From a virus, in IMG/VR virus record IMGVR_UViG_3300048851_000098, positions 1-64,000 of that record: a stretch of 64,000 bases of DNA; one strand, written 5' to 3'. Shown piece by piece: positions 53,813-63,442 of this stretch (position 1 is the stretch's first letter; the number at the start of each line of letters is the position of its first letter). The notes beneath the pieces are model-generated. The model was not told the DNA's origin. It made no database searches and saw only the letters and a list, made by a program, of their open reading frames with translations. A program made the position numbers and the translations under genes.

Positions 53813-54825
53813 TCTACGACAAGAAAAACATTGCGTCACTAAAGCTTAGAAGCGCTTCTTATCTGCGGAGACTTACTCGCAATGAGATGCTGACGCGAAT
53901 GCAGATTGTTCGTAGTCTTGAGCCAATCGTCGCTAGCGCATATAAAGACGTAGAAGATCGCAAGTGGAGAGAGCAACTTGATGACTCTCCACACGGGAAC
54001 CCGTGGCACGTTTCCTTCCATGCCTCTCAGTTTCCCGGTGATAACCCGATGGCGTGCCCTCGGCAATCGCTGTACCGGATGATGGATCTTCCATCTGAGA
54101 CGCCATTCTCGCGCGCCAGTCGTACCGTCATGTCCGCAGGCAAGGGCATTGAGATTGAGCTGGTGCAGACCTTTTCCGACGCTGGCATTCTGCTGAGCGC
54201 CAGACCTGATGACGAAGTGCAGACGGGATTTGAGATTCCAGATGTGTGGCTGACTGGATCAGTTGACTGCGTAATTCTGCCGCCTCGTTGGAACAAGCCT
54301 CTGCCCATCGAGATCAAGACGAAGTACCAAGAGAACATCAACAGAATGAAGCTTGGTCTTCAAGGTCCAGATGATGGACACGTATTTCAGATCAAAGTGC
54401 AATTGGCTCTACTTGCTCTGAGACAGAAGGAATACTGGCCTGGTCTTGATCAGATCACACACGGCTACATCTACTACTTGTCGCGAGATCGCCCTGATGA
54501 CACAGCAGAATTTCGTGTCGATCTCGATATGCGCTTCTATGAAGCAGGCGTAGAGCAGCTTTTGAAGTGGAAGCAAATGTTTCTTGATGAAGTATTGCCC
54601 GAGTATGACCCTGGTAAGCGCACTACCAAGTTCGGTCACCCGATGGGTTGGAAGTGGAGCAAACTTCCTTGTGCGTGGTGCTCTTTCAGAAAAACATGCC
54701 AACTTGATTTCCGTCAGAACATTCAGGAGATGAGAGAATCAGTTGGCATTGAGCGGGCGAAGCTGGTTCGGCCTCAATACGATTACCAAGTCGCCCGACA
54801 GAGAGTTTTGGAGCGGTGGAGATGA
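53809..54825 (+). CDS. Cas4-like PD-(D/E)xK exonuclease
   Basis: ACPRQ, GSVDC, IEIKT, Q...AL, CAWCSFRKTC. Confidence 0.8.
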   Translation: MIYDKKNIASLKLRSASYLRRLTRNEMLTRMQIVRSLEPIVASAYKDVEDRKWREQLDDSPHGNPWHVSFHASQFPGDNPMACPRQSLYRMMDLPSETPFSRASRTVMSAGKGIEIELVQTFSDAGILLSARPDDEVQTGFEIPDVWLTGSVDCVILPPRWNKPLPIEIKTKYQENINRMKLGLQGPDDGHVFQIKVQLALLALRQKEYWPGLDQITHGYIYYLSRDRPDDTAEFRVDLDMRFYEAGVEQLLKWKQMFLDEVLPEYDPGKRTTKFGHPMGWKWSKLPCAWCSFRKTCQLDFRQNIQEMRESVGIERAKLVRPQYDYQVARQRVLERWR

Positions 54826-55346
54826 CCGCCTACTACGCGGGTATCGGATCACGAGAGACGCCCAGCGACATCCTCGCTGTCATGGAAAAGGCCGCTTGGC
54901 ATCTGAATAAGGAGGGCTGGACCCTCCGCAGCGGTCACGCACCTGGAGCAGATCAGGCTTTTGAGAATGGTGCTCGTGGTAAGGCTCAGATCTTTTTGCC
55001 ATGGAGAACATTTGAATCAGAAGTGCGCGTATGCGCAGCAGAGGTATACAACGAACCAATCAGACAAGCATATGCAGTAGCAGCGGAGTTTCATCCGGCT
55101 TGGGAAAAACTCAGAAGAGCTGCGAAGACTCTCCACGCTCGTAACACACATCAGATGCTCGGTCCAAAGCTTGATGATGTTTCATCATTTGTTATATGTT
55201 GGACTAGGAATGGCAGAGCATCCGGAGGCACCGCCCAAGCATTGCGTATTGCTGAGAGTTTTCAGATTCAGATCTTCAATCTTGGCGATCCGTTTGATCT
55301 GCAACTCATTGAGAAATGGCTGAATAAGACGAAGGGAAAGAAGTGA
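54816..55346 (+). CDS. DprA-like SLOG-family protein
   Basis: YAGIGSRETP...LRSGHAPGADQAFE...SGGTAQALRIA. Confidence 0.8.
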   Translation: MEMTAYYAGIGSRETPSDILAVMEKAAWHLNKEGWTLRSGHAPGADQAFENGARGKAQIFLPWRTFESEVRVCAAEVYNEPIRQAYAVAAEFHPAWEKLRRAAKTLHARNTHQMLGPKLDDVSSFVICWTRNGRASGGTAQALRIAESFQIQIFNLGDPFDLQLIEKWLNKTKGKK

Positions 55347-56563
55347 ACGCTGAAAAAGCACGAGCTATTCTGGCTCAGGCTAAAGCAGATGAGACATACG
55401 AAGGGCCAATCCCTGAAGATGACTCGAAGGCAATTTCCGAAGCCAATAATCTCGTAGAACAAGCTCAGACCGCATGGGATCAGTTCGCTCGCGGCCCTGA
55501 AGTAGAATCAATTTTGCGCATTGCCAAGGAAGATTTCGGTGGCGATGCAACACCCGAAGCAATCGAAGAATCAGAAGCACCGGCTGATGAAGTGTCGGAT
55601 GTGGTCCCTGATGCTCCTGCTCCTATGACTGAAGAGGAGATGCAAACCACAGAGCCCTGGGATAACTATTCGATTGAGCGTGTTTCAGATGTTATTTCTG
55701 GAATCAATGCGGCAGTCGATAGTTTCTCTGAGCAAGATCTCACTGACCTCATGGGTCACATTTGGATCTACGAAGAGGCAAATAAGAGACGTGCGACAGT
55801 TCTCACCCATCTTCAGGATATTGCGAATCGTCTTGAGAATGGATCTGATCTGCCAGATGATCCTGAAGATGCACAGCCGGACGCACCTGGCACGCCTGAG
55901 CCTGAAGTAGAACCAGAGCCAGAGCCAACGCCCGAACCCAATCCTGAGCCGGCCCCTGCACCGGCAGCCGATCCTGAGCCTGAGCCAGAACCGGAGCCTG
56001 CTAGAGAGCCAGAAGAAGTACCAACACCTGAGCCGGAAGCAAGAGAACCGGAGCAGGAAAGAAGCGAATATTCAGATCTCGTCAGCAGAGTCAATGATGA
56101 GTTGAGTCGTGAGCGTATGCACACGCCTGAGCCACCATCTGAAGAAGTCCCTGATTTGCCTTGGGACTGGACGAAGATGTCTGATGCAGAGTTGCATCGC
56201 TTCTACGGAATCTACTCAAACATTTGTTACTACAAGTCATACCTGCTCGAAAGAGACGAGCGTATGACAGCGCATTGCCGTCAAGCTGCGGACGAGATTC
56301 ACAATGCTCTGCTCGTAAGACTCGATAAGTACGATGACAACGGCAAGCAAAAGACAATGACGTTGCTTGAGGCAGAGATCGAGAATCACGATCTCGTAAA
56401 GAGCTGGCGTCATCGTCAGCGCAAGCATGAAATGTATGCGTCGGGCCACCGTCGTGAACGTGACTCCCTGATCAAACTGGTCGAGGCCCTGTCTCGCGCA
56501 GAGTCCATGCGCCAGCAGGAATGGGAGCGCAGTGGTGGCAAGTCCGGACGCAGAGTGAAGTAA
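55343..56563 (+). CDS. Acidic protein with Pro-Glu linker and C-terminal coiled coil (UvsY-like, putative)
   Basis: PE repeats; the C-terminal helical region resembles recombination mediators. Confidence 0.5.
   Translation: MNAEKARAILAQAKADETYEGPIPEDDSKAISEANNLVEQAQTAWDQFARGPEVESILRIAKEDFGGDATPEAIEESEAPADEVSDVVPDAPAPMTEEEMQTTEPWDNYSIERVSDVISGINAAVDSFSEQDLTDLMGHIWIYEEANKRRATVLTHLQDIANRLENGSDLPDDPEDAQPDAPGTPEPEVEPEPEPTPEPNPEPAPAPAADPEPEPEPEPAREPEEVPTPEPEAREPEQERSEYSDLVSRVNDELSRERMHTPEPPSEEVPDLPWDWTKMSDAELHRFYGIYSNICYYKSYLLERDERMTAHCRQAADEIHNALLVRLDKYDDNGKQKTMTLLEAEIENHDLVKSWRHRQRKHEMYASGHRRERDSLIKLVEALSRAESMRQQEWERSGGKSGRRVK
55899..56055 (+). repeat. Low-complexity Pro-Glu coding repeat (cctgag/ccagag units)
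   Basis: PEPEVEPEPEPTPEPNPEPAP... Confidence 0.7.
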
Positions 56564-56572
56564 GATTCTGAT

Positions 56573-56637
56573 GGGGCGCGCAACTACACGGATGGTGATC
56601 ACCGAGGCTGGCTCTGTGCGCCCCGCCAGCCTCCTTT
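56573..56637 (+). promoter_or_regulatory. Competing hairpins (attenuator-like)
   Basis: ggggcgcgca/tgtgcgcccc versus gaggctggc/gccagcctc-ctttg. Confidence 0.45.
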
Positions 56638-56650
56638 GCGGGGGTCGCGC

Positions 56651-57082
56651 GTGATCACTCTGCGCATTGCTGGTCAAGCTAAGGGCAAGGACCGTCCAAG
56701 ATTCAATACGTTCACTAGAAGAACGTATTCGTCTTCCAGCAATATGATTTCTGAGAACGATGTGCGAGCTGTCTGGCGTGAAGCTGGCGAACCGCGTATC
56801 GATGATGACGTTGCAGTGGGAATCGCGCTCAGAATCGAAGTACCTCGCCCGCAAGGTCATTTCAAAGCTAACGGTGAGTTGTCCGCAACAGGACTGCGAC
56901 ACCCTGTGCCTCGAAGCAGAAAGCCTGATTTGGATAACGCGGTGAAACTTGTGATGGATGCGCTGAATACTCGCGCTTACAGAGATGACGTACGAATCGC
57001 TCGTGTTTACTGTGAACGGGTATGGGGTGATTGGCCCTTGACAGTCGTAAAGATTTGGCCTTTGCATGAGCCGGTTGAATGA
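56651..57082 (+). CDS. rusA: RusA-family Holliday junction resolvase
   Basis: GQAKGKDRPR, KPDLDNAVKLVMDALN, YRDD. Confidence 0.88.
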   Translation: MITLRIAGQAKGKDRPRFNTFTRRTYSSSSNMISENDVRAVWREAGEPRIDDDVAVGIALRIEVPRPQGHFKANGELSATGLRHPVPRSRKPDLDNAVKLVMDALNTRAYRDDVRIARVYCERVWGDWPLTVVKIWPLHEPVE

Positions 57083-57771
57083 GCGTATATAACCCGTATC
57101 TCGAAGATACAGAAGAAACTTCTCGTCTCTATCAAACATATCCAGGTGGACGTAAGCTGTGCAAACATAAATCGCACATCGGTCCGCGTTGGCTTTTCTA
57201 CTCAGAGTTTGCGATTCTGAGACGGGATTACAACGGAAGAGTGCAAACCCTTCGATCATGGTGCAAGACATGTCAGCGTGTCCATGATCGTTATCAGAAG
57301 GGCATGCAGCGATACGGCCGTCCGATGACTCCTATCTATAAGAGATACATCCACGGTGATCGTAAGCTTACTGATGGCGAGCGACAAAGACGCTACATGG
57401 AAAGACTTGCTCGCACCAATCCTGAAGCAATCGAGATTCGCAAGCAGAGAAAACGCGAATACGATGCGTTCTATCGTGAGAGAATTCGTCAGCTAAACGG
57501 TATTAGACAGCGACAGAAGAAAACTGATCTCAATGAGGGGGCGGGTAGAAGATTGCCGGCGGCTCCCATGTGTGCTTGGGCGAGAGCAGTTATTGACGGT
57601 CGAAACATGTCATTCACAGAGCTTGCTAAAAGATGCGATGTGAATGAAAAGACGATTCGTAATCTCTACACCAGTAGCGTGGCATATATTTCTGAAGGTC
57701 TTGTAGATCGCATGCTCACGAGTGAAGGGTCCAGCTTGCTGCTGGAAATTTATCCCGAGCTGTACGCATGA
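57079..57771 (+). CDS. Zn-finger plus C-terminal HTH protein
   Basis: C..K..H...CKTC; MSFTELAKRCDVNEKTIRNL. Confidence 0.55.
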   Translation: MSVYNPYLEDTEETSRLYQTYPGGRKLCKHKSHIGPRWLFYSEFAILRRDYNGRVQTLRSWCKTCQRVHDRYQKGMQRYGRPMTPIYKRYIHGDRKLTDGERQRRYMERLARTNPEAIEIRKQRKREYDAFYRERIRQLNGIRQRQKKTDLNEGAGRRLPAAPMCAWARAVIDGRNMSFTELAKRCDVNEKTIRNLYTSSVAYISEGLVDRMLTSEGSSLLLEIYPELYA

Positions 57772-57790
57772 TTATTGCTACAGTTTGAAC

Positions 57791-58276
57791 ATGTCTGAAA
57801 GACGTAGACGGCACATCAGTCCGGAAGCACGAGAGAAACTTTCTCGGTTGGCAAAGCAGCGTCATGCCGAAGGTAAGTTCAATCTCACACCCGAGCTGTA
57901 TGAAAAGCGTCGTAGAACTTTCAGAGAGAAGAACAGACGTGAGCGAATCGCCAAGCGTGTTGCGGAAGCAGCAGCAGATGATGCAAACGCCAGAGCGATC
58001 ATCGAAGTCTTCAAGGATGCGATCCATCCGAATCAGCCTATGCAGACTCGCCTCAAGGGGGCAGAGGCGTGGGCCAAGCTCGCGATGGAGCATGCGAGAT
58101 TCGAGCTTCATCAGGAAGTGCAAGATGCAGCTCAGCACTCCCGCGAGGAACTGCTCGAAATCCTTTCAGACAAGCTGACTAACGGTCCCGCCGCTCGCGT
58201 CATCAGTGCTCAGCTTGAGCAAGAAAATATTGCCGAAGCTGAGATCGTGGAGGAGGAAGAGGATGCCGCCGCCTGA
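57791..58276 (+). CDS. Terminase small subunit (putative)
   Basis: Directly upstream of and overlapping terL; helical. Confidence 0.5.
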   Translation: MSERRRRHISPEAREKLSRLAKQRHAEGKFNLTPELYEKRRRTFREKNRRERIAKRVAEAAADDANARAIIEVFKDAIHPNQPMQTRLKGAEAWAKLAMEHARFELHQEVQDAAQHSREELLEILSDKLTNGPAARVISAQLEQENIAEAEIVEEEEDAAA

Positions 58277-60074
58277 CATGCTGGCGACTCTTTCTCGTCT
58301 TAGTGATGACGAGCTGCGGGAACTGCTCGACGCGCAAGAGCAGCTTGAACGCCGCCTTCAAGAGGAAGGTCCGAGAAATGATGACGAGCTGCACGAATGG
58401 TTGAAGTTCGAACTTGGCATCGACGTTCCACGGGTGGCAGTGTGCGAAGGACATTCATCGCCGTTTCAATTCCTGGCAGATCTGTACTTCGAACGGATCG
58501 AAGCAGCTCTCGGTGTAGCAAATCGTGGCGGCTCCAAGACGTTTCTCGTCGCCGTTCTGCACTGGCTCAACTCTCGTTTCAAGCCCGGCTGCGAAAGCTG
58601 TACGTTCGGCGCTATTGAGGCTCAGTCATTCCGAGCGTATTCCCACCTGAAGGGGTGGATCTTCGATGAGAGAGGAGATAAAAAGGCAGAGGTTGTTTCT
58701 TCTCTCATGCGCGAGACGATTTTCGAGAACGGATCGAGAATCGAAGTGCTCGGTTCGACCCCTGAAGCCGTCAACGGCCCTCACCCGCAGAAGGCACACG
58801 CTGACGAGATCGAACTGATGCGCGACGATACTTGGAAAGAGTCGCGCAACATGACCGTCTCCAAGAGATTGAGAAATGGTCAAGTCCTGATTCCCCAGGA
58901 CATTCTCACGAGCACGCGCAAGGGTCCGTCTGGTCGCGTGCAGATGCTCATTGACGAGATCGAGCAGGCGGTGGCCGCCGGCTATCAGCCACCACGCTCT
59001 CTCTATATTTGGTGCATCAAGGAAACAGCGTCACAGGTGAAGAACTGTCGTGTCGCACGTCCTGATCTGCCCGAGGCATTCAAGTGCCCTTGCAACAGAA
59101 TCCCGAAGGGGGAATGGGAAGACGGTAGACCGCGCACGCTCGACAGAATTTGTCAGGGAGATTTCTATCGGTCGCGTGGATGGCAGCCATATGGCGACAT
59201 TGTGAAGCACTTCCGCGAGAATGATCGCAACACATTTGAAGTGCAGCAGCTTTGTTCAAAGCCAGAAATGAGCTACCACTATGTTCCGAATTGGCGTGAT
59301 GACCGTCATCTTGTACGCAACTTTGTTCCTGATCCAGCAAATGGTCCGATCGTCCAGTCAGTCGATTGGGGAGGTACCAACCCTCACGCCGTCAACTGGT
59401 ACCAACTTTTGCGCAATGAAGTTGAAGCAGAATCATGGCTTCAGCCCGAGCATGGTCCGCCTAACACGGTGCGTCTCAGAGAAGGCACCCTTGTCTGTTT
59501 CGATGAAATCTACATTGCTGAGATCGGTAATGAAAAGTTGGCAAAGCTCGTAAAAGCCAAAGAAGATTACTGGAAGCTCAGATTCGGTCCACAATGGCAG
59601 ACGTTTGAGCGTTATGCAGACCCCCAGGGTAGAGCTGCGCGTCTCGATTGGAAGGCTGAGGGGCTTCGCACTACCTGGCATACGACTCGTGAGTTTGACG
59701 AACATATCAAGGCGATCCGCAATATGTTCGAGGATGATCTCTTTCGCTGTGCCGGCGATAGATGTCCAAAATTTGTATGGGAAGTGAAGCAGTGGCGCGC
59801 TGACGAGCGCACGGGCAGACAGCTCGACATCAACAACCACGCGATGTCGAACTTCCGCTATGCCGTAGCAAATCTGAAGCGCATCAGACGCCGCTTCGTG
59901 GGCGATCACAGACCGCGTGCGCGAGCATTCACCCGTCGATCTGTTCGAGTAAGAATTACTCGATCACACGAATCGACTCCTCCGGTAGTCTTCAACGATA
60001 AGAACGATAGATTTGCTCAGTGGCGTAAGTCTCTCGGCGGCCCTATCACCGACGACGAACGTAGATTGGTATGA
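58263..60074 (+). CDS. Terminase large subunit
   Basis: ANRGGSKT Walker A, HADE Walker B, VDWGGTNP nuclease, YADP. Confidence 0.9.
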   Translation: MPPPDMLATLSRLSDDELRELLDAQEQLERRLQEEGPRNDDELHEWLKFELGIDVPRVAVCEGHSSPFQFLADLYFERIEAALGVANRGGSKTFLVAVLHWLNSRFKPGCESCTFGAIEAQSFRAYSHLKGWIFDERGDKKAEVVSSLMRETIFENGSRIEVLGSTPEAVNGPHPQKAHADEIELMRDDTWKESRNMTVSKRLRNGQVLIPQDILTSTRKGPSGRVQMLIDEIEQAVAAGYQPPRSLYIWCIKETASQVKNCRVARPDLPEAFKCPCNRIPKGEWEDGRPRTLDRICQGDFYRSRGWQPYGDIVKHFRENDRNTFEVQQLCSKPEMSYHYVPNWRDDRHLVRNFVPDPANGPIVQSVDWGGTNPHAVNWYQLLRNEVEAESWLQPEHGPPNTVRLREGTLVCFDEIYIAEIGNEKLAKLVKAKEDYWKLRFGPQWQTFERYADPQGRAARLDWKAEGLRTTWHTTREFDEHIKAIRNMFEDDLFRCAGDRCPKFVWEVKQWRADERTGRQLDINNHAMSNFRYAVANLKRIRRRFVGDHRPRARAFTRRSVRVRITRSHESTPPVVFNDKNDRFAQWRKSLGGPITDDERRLV

Positions 60075-62596
60075 GTCCACAACCACGCATTATCAGAACT
60101 AATGGTTCGAGAAATGGTGGTGCTCCCGTTGGCGAGGTAACGCCTGAAGAAGCGGCAGTTATTCGCTCTTCTGTCGGTGCGAGAGAACAAGCGCCTTCCA
60201 CGCGAGTCCAGTCGATTTTCTCGAACTGGCGCGAAGTAGCAGATCAGCTTGGCGATCCATTCGAAGTAGAAAAGATTCCTGTCTCAAAGCTTCGAGCGAT
60301 GCGCCGAGATCCGATGCTCGGCTTTGGTCTTTCGTTCACAAAGACCCCGCACGTACGGGCGAAGTGGACAATCAACGCGAAAGATAACAGAGGGCCAAAT
60401 CCTCAAGTTGCTGCGCATCTTGATCACGACTGGCGACGTATCCATGCCAGCTTCGTAATGCAATATTTGAACTGCCTTGAGTTTGGCTTTCAAGCTATTG
60501 CAAAACGTTTCGAGTTTCGCACTCCATCGGGCACATACATCGATAACACCAGCGAAAGCCCATCTGAAAGACCTATTTGGTCTGAAGGTGGTATTCAGCC
60601 AATCGCATGGAAGCCCTTCGTGGCTCTGCGACCAGAAGGCGTCGATCCGATTTGGGATAGATCTACTGGTGAGTTCTCTGGTATCGAGTACACCCCTTCT
60701 GGCGGCGGGAGAACTGGTGGAGGCGGGAGCGCCCCCGCTGGTACTGCCGCGCAGCAAACCTCCGGCGGCAGTGGCGGCACCAATAGAGAGCAGACCTACA
60801 AGATCGATCTGCCTCACTCTCTGTGGGTGACGAATGAAAAGGATGCGAACTTCGGTTCCGTCTTTGGATATCCACGTCTCGGATACGCATATCGTTATTG
60901 GTGGAGCTATTGGATGCGCTGGGCGATTGCTGATCGTGCATTCGAGCGCAAGGCTGATCCTTCTGTACTCGTGTATCACCCCGAAGGTGAGTTCCTTGAC
61001 GAGGACACAGGTCAAACTCTGACACACTCTGAGTACGCGCTTATGATTGGTGAGCGTATGCGCTCAGGTGGCGTTATCGCGATGCCTTCAGAAGTGTTTG
61101 AGAGCATCGATGGTCGCGGTACTATTCGTCAGTGGCAGATCGAGTTCACCAAAGATTCAACAAACTTCGATCCATTCGATAAGTCGTTCGAATATCTCGA
61201 TGTGCAGAAACTTCGTTCTCTGTTCATTCCTGAACAGGCATTCCTTGAAGGCAAGGGCGGCACTTCCTCTCGAAATGTTGCAGCCGAGATGGGTGATTCC
61301 TTTGTCGAATCACAGGCTGTACTCAACGCACAAATCGTAGAGACGATTAATCGTTGGATCATCCCACAATGGCTTGCGGTGAACTACCCCGAGTTTGTCA
61401 TGAATGGCGGCACTGCCGAGATCATGATGCAGGGATTCGGCGATGAAGATGTCACCTTCATGAATCAGCTCATCACGCTCATTGGTCAGCAAGAGAGCGG
61501 TATGAGAGAAATTCTGAAGATGGCTGATCTCAGAAAAATGCTCGAAGATCGCGGTGCTCCCATCGCAAACTTCGCCGAGCAGCAGCGTCGTGAGAGACAG
61601 TTGATCGAAGAGGCGCAAGCCGCTGCGGCCCCTGCTGTTGCGCCGGCACCAGGAAGACTTGGCGTGGTGCCTACCGCTACGGGATTCTCCTACGTAGCTC
61701 CGCGCGAGATCATCTACCTGTCTGAGACGGCGACGAGCTTCATCGACAATCTGCCTGACGCCCCACAGTACGAGGACAGATCAGTAAGACAGCTTGCGCG
61801 ACAGCTCTGGAATATCTATGCAGATCTGTATCGTGATGAATATCTCTCCGCTATTGACATCATTCTGAATGGTGACGATAACGTAGAAATGAGCGACTTC
61901 AAGGAACGCGCAAAGAGACTGCTCGAAAAGTGGACAGGCTCAGAACGCTGGGCAAGTGCGCTTGATAAGTCGATCTCTCTCATGACCAACCTCATGCGTC
62001 GTGCGGCCAGAATCGAGTTGACCCGAGTTGGTGAGGTCGGCGAAGTTTCTGACGAAGAGGTCGAGAGATGGTTGCGCGAGCACTTGGCTGAGATCGCTCC
62101 CAAGATCGCTGCTACTACTCGTGGCGAGGTAGAGAGCTTCCTCGCGGCCACCATGGAGTCTGGCGTTACCAATCGCGAAGAGCTTGCACAAGCTGCGCGT
62201 GAACACTTCTCTGATTTCCCACAGTGGAAAGCTGATCGCCTCGTGCGCACAGAGGTCCGCGACATCTACAACGCGGCCACCCTGCTTGCCGCAGAGGCTC
62301 ACGGAATCAGACGTGTACAGGCTGTAGACGCTCAGGTCACGGCCAACACCGACGAGGAGTGCGTCCACCGCGACGGCAGAATCTTCGCGATCAGAGATGC
62401 CTTCGAACAGCGCGAGCATCCGAACGGAACGCTCGGCTGGCGCATGGTTCCTGCTGAGTTGTCTATTGAACGCCGGGACGTTGATGGTGCAGAGTTTGAC
62501 GAGAGACTGAAGATTCTCACGCTCTCGAATGACTTGCCAGAAGAGACAGAAAACAGAATTCTCAAATCAGTGGTGGATGTGATGCTTAGTGCTTAG
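60071..62596 (+). CDS. Portal protein (DUF935/Mu gp29-like) fused to a MuF/gp7 head-morphogenesis domain
   Basis: GYPRLGYAYRYW...GGVIAMP...LRSLF portal; KADRLVRTEV...C..RDGRIF...EHPNGT MuF. Confidence 0.8.
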   Translation: MSPQPRIIRTNGSRNGGAPVGEVTPEEAAVIRSSVGAREQAPSTRVQSIFSNWREVADQLGDPFEVEKIPVSKLRAMRRDPMLGFGLSFTKTPHVRAKWTINAKDNRGPNPQVAAHLDHDWRRIHASFVMQYLNCLEFGFQAIAKRFEFRTPSGTYIDNTSESPSERPIWSEGGIQPIAWKPFVALRPEGVDPIWDRSTGEFSGIEYTPSGGGRTGGGGSAPAGTAAQQTSGGSGGTNREQTYKIDLPHSLWVTNEKDANFGSVFGYPRLGYAYRYWWSYWMRWAIADRAFERKADPSVLVYHPEGEFLDEDTGQTLTHSEYALMIGERMRSGGVIAMPSEVFESIDGRGTIRQWQIEFTKDSTNFDPFDKSFEYLDVQKLRSLFIPEQAFLEGKGGTSSRNVAAEMGDSFVESQAVLNAQIVETINRWIIPQWLAVNYPEFVMNGGTAEIMMQGFGDEDVTFMNQLITLIGQQESGMREILKMADLRKMLEDRGAPIANFAEQQRRERQLIEEAQAAAAPAVAPAPGRLGVVPTATGFSYVAPREIIYLSETATSFIDNLPDAPQYEDRSVRQLARQLWNIYADLYRDEYLSAIDIILNGDDNVEMSDFKERAKRLLEKWTGSERWASALDKSISLMTNLMRRAARIELTRVGEVGEVSDEEVERWLREHLAEIAPKIAATTRGEVESFLAATMESGVTNREELAQAAREHFSDFPQWKADRLVRTEVRDIYNAATLLAAEAHGIRRVQAVDAQVTANTDEECVHRDGRIFAIRDAFEQREHPNGTLGWRMVPAELSIERRDVDGAEFDERLKILTLSNDLPEETENRILKSVVDVMLSA

Positions 62597-62705
62597 AAGA
62601 GGTATTCCAAGTGGCGAGATTTGTAATCAGTGTGGTGGAATGCTGATTCAGACTGGTTCATGTAGAACCTGCACACAGTGCGGATCGACTTCAGGTTGCG
62701 GGTAA
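62589..62705 (+). CDS. 38-aa peptide resembling the NrdJ C-terminal Zn ribbon (not in the ORF track)
   Basis: ICNQCGGMLIQTGSCRTCTQCGSTSGCG; overlaps the portal stop; TAATG-coupled to the next gene. Confidence 0.7.
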   Translation: MLRRGIPSGEICNQCGGMLIQTGSCRTCTQCGSTSGCG

Positions 62706-63427
62706 TGAGATTCGATAGGAACGGTGTTCAACTTGCAAACGTTCCGAATGCTGGCGTATCGCGCCGTAACGCCGATACTGATTCCGGCAATGCTAATCAT
62801 GATATTCGTTCTGGTAAATTCGCTCCGGGCGGTAGACCTGATCAAAGACCTACTGCACCGGCGAATGTTGATCCGCTCGAATATCAACGAATGCTCGATG
62901 CCGTACGCGATGCAGCACGTGAGTTCGATGGCTTCGATGAAGGTGACATCAGAGAATTTGTGAGTGGTCGCGCTAACGCTCCGGATGTCGTAGATATTAG
63001 ACAATTCATGGAGATGGTGACAGAGCAGCGCAAGAGTGATCTTGTGGACATGCTCGATCAGATTCTTCGTGTATATGGCTCCGCTCCGCGAGGACGACGC
63101 AAGGTGCGTGTCTCGGCACCAAAGGGATTCATTCGCAAATCTCTCAACGGCCTTGATCCTGATGATCTTGCCAACGTAATGCACCGCTTGGAAGCTCGCG
63201 GTCATACGACTGAAGATGTCGAGAGATTTTTTGAAGGACGTACAAAAAATCTTGATAGAGCCAAAGAGAGACGAGATACTTTGACAGCTTCAGATAACTG
63301 GTGGGAAGATCCATTTGATTCTGAAGCTACAATCTCATCTGACCAACCGATTATCGTCAACGTGTTCGCTAACGATCAGGTGAACCCTGATTTGATTGCA
63401 GACGAAATTCGGTTCCGACTCAGATAG
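62705..63427 (+). CDS. Hypothetical protein (possibly virion-associated)
   Basis: ATG 62705 coupled; GNANHDIRSGKF motif. Confidence 0.6.
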   Translation: MRFDRNGVQLANVPNAGVSRRNADTDSGNANHDIRSGKFAPGGRPDQRPTAPANVDPLEYQRMLDAVRDAAREFDGFDEGDIREFVSGRANAPDVVDIRQFMEMVTEQRKSDLVDMLDQILRVYGSAPRGRRKVRVSAPKGFIRKSLNGLDPDDLANVMHRLEARGHTTEDVERFFEGRTKNLDRAKERRDTLTASDNWWEDPFDSEATISSDQPIIVNVFANDQVNPDLIADEIRFRLR

Positions 63428-63442
63428 CGCTACAATTTCAGC

